From the IMG/VR virus record IMGVR_UViG_3300031975_001631: a stretch of DNA of 64,000 bases; one strand, written 5' to 3'. The position numbers and the translations under genes are program-made. The stretch comes from a virus. Shown here one piece after another: positions 57,542 through 64,000 of this stretch. Positions within the stretch are counted from its first letter, which is position 1, and each line of letters starts with the position of its first letter. The notes under the pieces are model-generated. The model made no database searches. It was not told the origin of the DNA and was given only the letters and a program-made list of their open reading frames with translations.

Positions 57542-58191
57542 AAAAAAGTAACCTCAGTAAATCTAGTTGTTTGTTTAAAGAAGTCGTCTACAATTGTTTG
57601 ACCATGAAACCATTTTCCAGGAAACACGACCCCACAATTAAATCGATCTAAGATACACAAATCTTCCTTGAACTGTTTATTGGTTTTCCAAGGACTTGTA
57701 TGTTCGGTGTCCCTTTTACTAGAATAGCTCTTTGCTTTTGTATTGCAAGGAGTATACAATGAAGTGCCAGATTTCATATGATGAGTTGGATTCAAAAAGA
57801 TAATAAAATTTAATTGACCATCAGTGTGAGGATGCCAGTGTCTCTCTTTTGGAACATCATTAATCAATCTAAACTGATTGATCGTATGGGGTGCAGTTTG
57901 TGGATCTACTTCTAGATTATAATTATTTGCTATCGATTCTAACAAATATTTTCTGTGCAAATCCCACCTATTATCCAATAGCATTTGACCATCCATAAAG
58001 TCAATGCCATTGAGAGATCCCTTACAAGATTTATGAGTTACAATACTATTAACAGAGTTAAGGTATTGATAAATTTTTTCAGGGTACTTATATATATCGT
58101 CAATGAATAAAATCTCAGAATCTTTCCAAGGAACATTCACAATATTCCAGGATTCATTAAGTTGAAAATCTTTATTACTGAAAAAATTCAT
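57538..58191 (-). CDS. 2OG-Fe(II) oxygenase-like (DUF6445-like)
   Basis: IDDIYKYPE, PHTD, IFLN, GTSLY, FN..VVF.G..FHG. Confidence 0.7.
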   Translation of the reverse strand: MNFFSNKDFQLNESWNIVNVPWKDSEILFIDDIYKYPEKIYQYLNSVNSIVTHKSCKGSLNGIDFMDGQMLLDNRWDLHRKYLLESIANNYNLEVDPQTAPHTINQFRLINDVPKERHWHPHTDGQLNFIIFLNPTHHMKSGTSLYTPCNTKAKSYSSKRDTEHTSPWKTNKQFKEDLCILDRFNCGVVFPGKWFHGQTIVDDFFKQTTRFTEVTFL

Positions 58192-58262
58192 GGGAGATAC
58201 AAGGATCGAACTTGTGACAATCTCGGTGTAAACGAGGTGCTCTACCTCTGAGCTAATCTCCC
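58191..58262 (-). tRNA. tRNA-Val(UAC)
   Basis: GGGAGAT/ATCTCCC acceptor stem, TAGCTCAG D-arm, TTTACAC anticodon loop, GTTCGA T-loop; no encoded CCA. Confidence 0.92.
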
Positions 58263-58265
58263 AAA

Positions 58266-58338
58266 CGACTCAGGTTGGGGTCGAACCAACGACCGACTGC
58301 TTAGAAGGCAGTTGCTCTGTCCACTGAGCTACTGAGTC
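58266..58338 (-). tRNA. tRNA-Arg(UCU)
   Basis: GACTCAG/CTGAGTC acceptor stem, ACTGC-CTTCTAA-GCAGT anticodon arm, GGTTCGA. Confidence 0.93.
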
Positions 58339-58934
58339 TTAAACATGAAGGTGTAATTAACTCTTCTGTGATTGGAACCTGGTTTCATCGAAACTCTATT
58401 TGTTTCGTGAAAGTACTTGGAGTTGAATATGAGAAGACGATTATACGCATATGGTATAATCGTCTTCTCTGATCTAGTATACTCCAGATATTTCCGAATC
58501 AACTTGACATCCGTATTATACTCACGCCATGTCCATGTCGGAGGCGGTTTGATATCGTAAAGAATCAAACCATTTTTCTCTGGATCTTCTACAGAAGAAT
58601 CTGGAGTGACCCAGAGATTCACATTATAACATGCTGGGTCAGCATGTGGAGTCACACCTTCGGCATTATTGTCGTAAACAAATGCCCATCCTCTATCAAA
58701 ATGACCAAGGAATGGGAACCTTGTTTCCAACCCTGTTATTATAGCAGAAAGAATGGGAAGGCGCAACCTCTCTTTAGAAAAATTAAGAGAGTAGTAGTCT
58801 TCATAGATATCATCCGGGTCTTCTGCATTGAGAGCGTACTCCCTAAGCTCATCGATGACTTCGGGGAGGAATAGTCCATCCTCCACATGATATCTATGTT
58901 CCTGAATAATCTTCTTTAGAATATTTGAGTGCAT
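58329..58934 (-). CDS. 2OG-Fe(II) oxygenase-like
   Basis: PHAD, NLWVTP, YNRLLIFNSKYFHET, RRVNYT. Confidence 0.75.
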   Translation of the reverse strand: MHSNILKKIIQEHRYHVEDGLFLPEVIDELREYALNAEDPDDIYEDYYSLNFSKERLRLPILSAIITGLETRFPFLGHFDRGWAFVYDNNAEGVTPHADPACYNVNLWVTPDSSVEDPEKNGLILYDIKPPPTWTWREYNTDVKLIRKYLEYTRSEKTIIPYAYNRLLIFNSKYFHETNRVSMKPGSNHRRVNYTFMFKTQ

Positions 58935-59424
58935 AGGTAAAACGATGATCCGAATTCAAAGGAGTTGCTCTATGCAAAATCCAAGAAGTAAATTTTAATA
59001 AAGTATTAGGGACGGGAGGGACACCAATAATTTTATTGTCCAAGAAGAACTCCGTACATCCCCCCTCATCTACTCCAGTATAATTTTTGTTGGCATAGAA
59101 AATGAAAGTAACTTCATCTTGATCAATATCACAGTCTTTATGAAAGTTTGCGATCTCTCTAGGAGCAAAGCAATTAATGTATGCTCGGTATAATTTATAC
59201 TCCTGAATCTCTGGATATCTAGCATAGATTATGGTTTCTAAGATGCCTACAATGGCATCATCTTCTTCATTTTCTGGATCTAATTCACAAATCAATCCTG
59301 TTGGTTTGTGGGAATCATCGTCTCGCTCACCATATGCATACTCAGCGTCATATGCATACTCACTTACTTCTCTAAAGTCTTCTGAAGATAGAGCTTTGTC
59401 AAGGGAAAGAATGTTTGGTTTCAT
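58894..59424 (-). CDS. 2OG-Fe(II) oxygenase
   Basis: FHKD, TFIFY, GGCTEF, ILHRA, RFTYA. Confidence 0.8.
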   Translation of the reverse strand: MKPNILSLDKALSSEDFREVSEYAYDAEYAYGERDDDSHKPTGLICELDPENEEDDAIVGILETIIYARYPEIQEYKLYRAYINCFAPREIANFHKDCDIDQDEVTFIFYANKNYTGVDEGGCTEFFLDNKIIGVPPVPNTLLKFTSWILHRATPLNSDHRFTYALKYSKEDYSGT

Positions 59425-59987
59425 AATGCGTCGTTGAGCTCCTGTACTCTCCATACCACAGTGTATCTATACACATGAGGATGCCGTGGTCCTAGTCCTC
59501 TATGTTTAATCTCCGATGGGAAAATTAGTACCCTACCAGGTACATATTCATGCTCTTCTATAACATTATCTTCATCATCAAGTAGTTGAAACTGACCACC
59601 CCATTCTAAAGTATCCCATTCCAAATTCGGCATGTACATAATTGTATAGGAACCTTCTTCTCCATCTATATGACTAGTCCCATCACAAAAAGAATGCTGT
59701 AAGTTAAAATCAATTCTATTAAGATAAAATCTTTTATCAAGAAGCTCTTCTAATTCCTCCAACATATCAAAGAAAATCTCACTGTCATCCATGAGATTTA
59801 CTACTTTGTTTATTGACTCCCTTTCAAATATGTTTTCCCCCATCAATCTATGAGTTCCATTCTCTCCATAAGGAACTGAAGTACCGTTCGCAATGTTAGT
59901 AGCAGTTACTGGTAGGTTTTTGATTTGCGTCTCAACCTTAACCATATACGAAAGCTCAAATTGCTTATCAATTACTGTTGCAATCAT
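59421..59987 (-). CDS. 2OG-Fe(II) oxygenase
   Basis: SHID, WGGQF, PGRVLIFPS..KHRG, RYTV. Confidence 0.8.
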   Translation of the reverse strand: MIATVIDKQFELSYMVKVETQIKNLPVTATNIANGTSVPYGENGTHRLMGENIFERESINKVVNLMDDSEIFFDMLEELEELLDKRFYLNRIDFNLQHSFCDGTSHIDGEEGSYTIMYMPNLEWDTLEWGGQFQLLDDEDNVIEEHEYVPGRVLIFPSEIKHRGLGPRHPHVYRYTVVWRVQELNDAL

Positions 59988-60123
59988 CTAAAGTCCTATT
60001 ATAAATCACAACTCGACCATTCTCATGCGTAAAAACTAACTCATCATCTGGATGCCACATTAGTTCTTCAAAAAGAGCATTGAGCTTGTCCATATCCTCA
60101 TAAAGTTGATTAGGATTTGTCAT
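59968..60123 (-). CDS. Small hypothetical protein
   Basis: ORF track; likely start MTNPNQ. Confidence 0.5.
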   Translation of the reverse strand: MTNPNQLYEDMDKLNALFEELMWHPDDELVFTHENGRVVIYNRTLDDCNSN

Positions 60124-60319
60124 TGTTTTCCTCCTTTGTTTTGTGGTTGAATTCAATTACAATTTTTTCGTGAGTTGTTGTTCTATCAGAACAATAATAA
60201 TGCATTAATTCACCGTTCAATATTTTACAAACATTATCTAGTTGTAATTGGGTGACAAACTCTTTAAACCCATCATCCATCCAAGATTTATTCGATCCTG
60301 GTGTGTTAAAATCATCCAT
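60110..60319 (-). CDS. Small hypothetical protein
   Basis: ORF track. Confidence 0.5.
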   Translation of the reverse strand: MDDFNTPGSNKSWMDDGFKEFVTQLQLDNVCKILNGELMHYYCSDRTTTHEKIVIEFNHKTKEENNDKS

Positions 60320-60324
60320 TATTA

Positions 60325-60531
60325 TTACCAAAAATTATGTTTGAAAGAGTTCTTTTCGAGATCTTCATAATATTTTATCAATCTCTCTACTTGTTTTTTA
60401 TCAGTACCACAGGGAGCATTCTTTAAACAAATAAGAATACATTTTTCATCACCGATAGGAGGTTTAATAGAAAACCCCCACTTATCTACTTTACCCCTCG
60501 GTGCTTCGCATGGATCAAATTCATGTGGCAT
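60325..60531 (-). CDS. Small hypothetical protein
   Basis: ORF track; TAATG-coupled. Confidence 0.55.
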   Translation of the reverse strand: MPHEFDPCEAPRGKVDKWGFSIKPPIGDEKCILICLKNAPCGTDKKQVERLIKYYEDLEKNSFKHNFW

Positions 60532-60845
60532 TAGTCTCGCTGTCTCCAATCATCAGGTTTGTCTTGGTGAAACCAACTCTTGATATCGTCAGCATCAGTA
60601 AATCCCTTCTTGTGATTGGATGGATCGGGATCTCCTAAACCCATCCTATTCAGAAAATCGTCTGTGCTACCTTCTTCGATATTTTGAGATGCTTGGCGTC
60701 TTGCCATCTTTAACATCTCATTAGCAGATGTATTTGCCTTAGCAAGTTTCTGTGCCCAAACCATATCATCTAATTTAACTTTTTCTCCATTAGCAATACA
60801 TTTACAAATAAACTCCAGCTTTAGTCGGTACTGTGTGGAAAGCAT
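60531..60845 (-). CDS. Conserved cyanophage hypothetical protein
   Basis: MLSTQYRLKLEFIC, WFHQDKPDDWRQRD. Confidence 0.65.
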   Translation of the reverse strand: MLSTQYRLKLEFICKCIANGEKVKLDDMVWAQKLAKANTSANEMLKMARRQASQNIEEGSTDDFLNRMGLGDPDPSNHKKGFTDADDIKSWFHQDKPDDWRQRD

Positions 60846-60872
60846 TCGGAACCCCTAGCAAACTTATTTAGT

Positions 60873-61538
60873 CTATACTTGGACCCAGTGATGTGGTGAA
60901 GTGACGACATTTTCGTAGTTGTGGTCTACATTTACAGTAGAGGTCACGAAGATATCATAAACGATTGAAGCTCTAAAGTCAACTCCATTAAACTCTGTTA
61001 CCCTATGCAAAATATTAGATGGAAAAATAATTAGATCACCATCTTCTGGATCTAAACTGTAAATACCATAATCATCATTAACATTCAATGGAAGATTATC
61101 CATATAACCTTCAGAGGCAAGAGTCAATGTTCCACCATTCCCCTGAGTTCTTAAGTAGTAGATACCACTAAAGTGAGATCCCTTATGCAAATGATCTGGA
61201 TTGCCACCCTCGTCTGGTCTACACACATTGGGCCAGGACTTTTGAAAGAAGATGTCATGATCATAATCCTTGTCATCTTCAGTTTGTCTACACATACCAG
61301 ATAGATACTGCCTCGTAGCATGTGCCATCTGAGCATTCAACCAATAAAATTCTTTAGTTTTATGTAAGAGAAAAAACTTTGGTATGTCTTGGTCACCAGT
61401 AAAGTTACCATTATCTTCAATCTCTTCTAAGTTTTTATAGTAAAACTCTTTACATAGATCCATCATTCCTTTCCACTCTTTTTGTGGACAGGGAACATTT
61501 GATCTGTAAATTGCTGTTGGAAAGATATGTTCTATCAT
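60873..61538 (-). CDS. 2OG-Fe(II) oxygenase-like (HxH type)
   Basis: SWPNV, HLH, SGIYYL, IFPSNILHRV, RASI. Confidence 0.8.
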   Translation of the reverse strand: MIEHIFPTAIYRSNVPCPQKEWKGMMDLCKEFYYKNLEEIEDNGNFTGDQDIPKFFLLHKTKEFYWLNAQMAHATRQYLSGMCRQTEDDKDYDHDIFFQKSWPNVCRPDEGGNPDHLHKGSHFSGIYYLRTQGNGGTLTLASEGYMDNLPLNVNDDYGIYSLDPEDGDLIIFPSNILHRVTEFNGVDFRASIVYDIFVTSTVNVDHNYENVVTSPHHWVQV

Positions 61539-61545
61539 AAGCCAA

Positions 61546-62184
61546 TTACAGGTTTTGAGCCAGAGATATCACGGGAAGATGTAACCAATTATTTTTACAG
61601 TAATTGCAATTATCAGGGACTTCTACATCATATGGGGATATTTTAATACCAAACTGAACCCCTTCGGGCAAATCCATTAAGGTGCGATATACATTTTTCC
61701 CCCAGTCCTCAATATCATTTCCTTGACTAGAACAATAAAAAGAATACCGGGATCGTTTTTTTGCCAGATGTTTAAAACATTTTAATATAAAGAAAGTGAC
61801 TGCACAATTATTAATACAAATATTAGAGGTATCCCCCTCTAAGTATGGGTCAAAGAAAAAACAATCAAACTTTCCCAATCCACTTATATCAGGCCATGCT
61901 TGTTTGATAACTGTAGTATTAGGATATTGTTTAGACCACTCCAAAGCTTTTTCATAGACTACAGGATCTGGTTCCAGTACAGTATATGATTTAGGTTTCC
62001 ACTTCATAATTTGATCAGCAGAATATCCCATACCAAATCCAATCTCTAGAACATCACCATAAGGTTCTAAGAAATCTATACAATCTATCATATACTTATG
62101 TTCCCATTCCATCATGTACTGATGGTCTCTGGAGGAACCGTAAAGTATATCGTTATCGTTTATGTCTCTTCGATATTCGGCCAT
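61546..62184 (-). CDS. Class I SAM methyltransferase (GAMT/Rmt2-like)
   Basis: MMEWE..YM, DVLEIGFGMGYSA, FD.FFFD. Confidence 0.75.
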   Translation of the reverse strand: MAEYRRDINDNDILYGSSRDHQYMMEWEHKYMIDCIDFLEPYGDVLEIGFGMGYSADQIMKWKPKSYTVLEPDPVVYEKALEWSKQYPNTTVIKQAWPDISGLGKFDCFFFDPYLEGDTSNICINNCAVTFFILKCFKHLAKKRSRYSFYCSSQGNDIEDWGKNVYRTLMDLPEGVQFGIKISPYDVEVPDNCNYCKNNWLHLPVISLAQNL

Positions 62185-62606
62185 GAATAATAATCTTTTT
62201 TATAATAACGACCCAAGATATTACTATTGTAATACTTGGGGTCACCGTTTTCAAGAGATTCTGTTAGGACAGAATGGACAAATAATTGTTTGGTTTCTTC
62301 GTAGTTAACTTTACCCTTTGTTAATTGTAACGAAAGTATTTCTCGTTTGAAGGAACTATTTCCAAGTCCACGGCGGTCCCGATTAAGTTCGTCAGAGCTT
62401 CCGTAGTATCTTTTCCAGTCGCTCTCACTCTTAACTCGCCTACCTCCACCTCTAGGCTTTCGTAGTTGGTGAAAGTACTTCCTACCGATGTATTGCCTAC
62501 CTGATTCGAGATTAGTAATCCGGTAGACAAAACCGACAAACTCACCAATGTTCTCAGATAAAAAAGGTTGTCCTTCAAAAATCCAGGGGTTTTCATAATC
62601 AACCAT
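62160..62606 (-). CDS. GIY-YIG-like domain protein
   Basis: GFVYRITN..SGRQYIGRK, WKRYYGSS, YYN.NI. Confidence 0.7.
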   Translation of the reverse strand: MVDYENPWIFEGQPFLSENIGEFVGFVYRITNLESGRQYIGRKYFHQLRKPRGGGRRVKSESDWKRYYGSSDELNRDRRGLGNSSFKREILSLQLTKGKVNYEETKQLFVHSVLTESLENGDPKYYNSNILGRYYKKDYYSWPNIEET

Positions 62607-62633
62607 GATGTATTTAAACTACATTATATAGTC

Positions 62634-64000
62634 TCAGTTGTTCATGAATTCATCAATGATCTCAACAATCTGAGCACCAGTGAGTTGCATCATGATCTCT
62701 TCTGCTTCCTCTACACTCTCAATGAGGTTGTTCTCACTGAGAAAAGCAAGGATTACATCATAGTGACTAACATCTTCAAAGTGAGGGTTCTTCTGACCCT
62801 TCACTTTATCCATATCCTTACGAGCCTTCTCGTTATTCTCCTGACGCTTCTTCATATCTGTTTCCAGATACTGGGGATGGTCATCTACTTTCATGCCACG
62901 CTTCTTCTCAAGGCGTTCCTTTCTCTCCTTAGTACCCTTTTCAGAATCCTTATCCCTAATACCTTCTAACAATTTACCTTCTGGTTCGTAACCAGCCGTT
63001 TGAGTGGTTGGTTTAGCTTTTACTCTTTTTGGTTCTGGACCAATCCAAGGAGGTAAGAAAACACCTTGCTTTTTACTCTTGTCTCTCGCATCTTTCATAC
63101 GCTCATTATGACTCTTGGGAACCATAGGATCTTGATTAGGTGATACACCATATGGTGCTTCCGAGAGATCCTCTTCCTTTACACAGTTAGGAACTTCCTT
63201 ACCGTTCTTTTTCTTAGTACCCTTTGCCTTGTAACCATCCCAACAGGTAGAAGCACCAACATTCTCGCGGGCTTTCTTCAAACTTTCAAAGACACTGCCC
63301 TCAAGCATGGGGTTTTTTGTCTTTGGCTTTAACTGATTACCAAACTTTGCCTTTGATGCAGCCATACCAAACTTCGCTGCAGCACTACCTGATTTTTTTC
63401 CACCAGGTTGATTTCTTAAACGGTCATACTCGGCGTTGCTTGCAGTATCTTTCGCAGAAAGTGCAGGTTTTGCTTTAGGTGCAGGTGAAGGACTGGATGT
63501 AGAAGAAGATGATGAAGAAGATGATGAAGGATTCATTCTAGAATCACCTTTCATTTGTTGTCTAGTTTTTGCCTGCTGTTCTGCTGCCTTCTGTCTCATC
63601 TGTTCTGGTGTAGGACCAGAAGGACTAGTTTTAGTTGCTGATGGGTCTCCGTAGACCTTACCTTTCTTCATGTCATCAGGACGGTCTTTATCAGGGATAG
63701 TTGGAAGTGATGCGTCTCCGTAGACCTTACCTTTCTTCATGTCAGCAGGACGGTCTTTATCAGGGATTGTTTTTGATGAAGTATTTTTTCTGGTAAACAG
63801 ATTTTTGATCGCTGTACCAAGCTTGCGAAGTTCTGGTCCTTCAGAAAGATGCATTACAATCGCCTTCGCTTGCCTCTTCTCAGTAGACTGAAGGTTCTCA
63901 TGCAAGCGGGGGTTTACTGCCTTCAGAGCAGAGATAAACTCATACCCAACCATCTCGGGAGGAAATGCCTCTACAATATTATCAATAAGTCTAGAGTTCT
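62634..64000 (-). CDS. Modular low-complexity protein (5' partial), possible capsid-internal protein
   Basis: Frame stays open from 63953 to the window edge; Lys/Glu/Pro-rich modules. Confidence 0.55.
   Translation of the reverse strand, partial: NSRLIDNIVEAFPPEMVGYEFISALKAVNPRLHENLQSTEKRQAKAIVMHLSEGPELRKLGTAIKNLFTRKNTSSKTIPDKDRPADMKKGKVYGDASLPTIPDKDRPDDMKKGKVYGDPSATKTSPSGPTPEQMRQKAAEQQAKTRQQMKGDSRMNPSSSSSSSSSTSSPSPAPKAKPALSAKDTASNAEYDRLRNQPGGKKSGSAAAKFGMAASKAKFGNQLKPKTKNPMLEGSVFESLKKARENVGASTCWDGYKAKGTKKKNGKEVPNCVKEEDLSEAPYGVSPNQDPMVPKSHNERMKDARDKSKKQGVFLPPWIGPEPKRVKAKPTTQTAGYEPEGKLLEGIRDKDSEKGTKERKERLEKKRGMKVDDHPQYLETDMKKRQENNEKARKDMDKVKGQKNPHFEDVSHYDVILAFLSENNLIESVEEAEEIMMQLTGAQIVEIIDEFMNN
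63645..63767. repeat. Direct repeat, 2 x 54 bp (53/54 identical, 69-bp period)
   Basis: Copies at 63645-63698 and 63714-63767 encode IPDKDRP(A/D)DMKKGKVYGD. Confidence 0.9.

Noticed and set aside
62160-62606. Mobile homing endonuclease
   Set aside because: Only a short GIY-YIG-like domain with no DNA-binding extension or intron context

Overview
A 64-kb internal segment of a T4-like cyanomyovirus genome, probably a marine Synechococcus phage (psbA plus psbD, two hli genes, two tRNAs). It is AT-rich and almost entirely minus-strand coded. From left to right it holds: (1) a baseplate/tail module (partial gp5, cp12, hub proteins, an M23-peptidase virion protein, gp51, gp26, tube-like protein, gp4, gp2-like, gp48, gp53); (2) replication and transcription genes (gp32, gp33, exonuclease, phoH, thyX); (3) a tandem glutamine-riboswitch-like leader, whose second aptamer encloses a 55-aa ORF, upstream of a DUF4278-like peptide; (4) glutaredoxin, 2OG-Fe(II) oxygenases and a 1646-aa subtilisin/fibre fusion; (5) an ADP-heptose pathway, carbamoyltransferase and GT9-like transferase next to duplicated Cys-rich fibre genes; (6) purM/purC, psbD/psbA, a halogenase-like gene, peroxiredoxin, hli genes and an OMP-like gene; (7) a glycan island (GT25, two GT-B-like, GT8-like, GT6, GT11, gmd/fcl, two methyltransferases); (8) tRNA-Arg/tRNA-Val overlapping oxygenase ORFs; and (9) a partial modular low-complexity protein. 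All calls come from reading motifs by eye and from recalled family knowledge; no searches were run. No CRISPR array, integrase, transposase or intron was seen.
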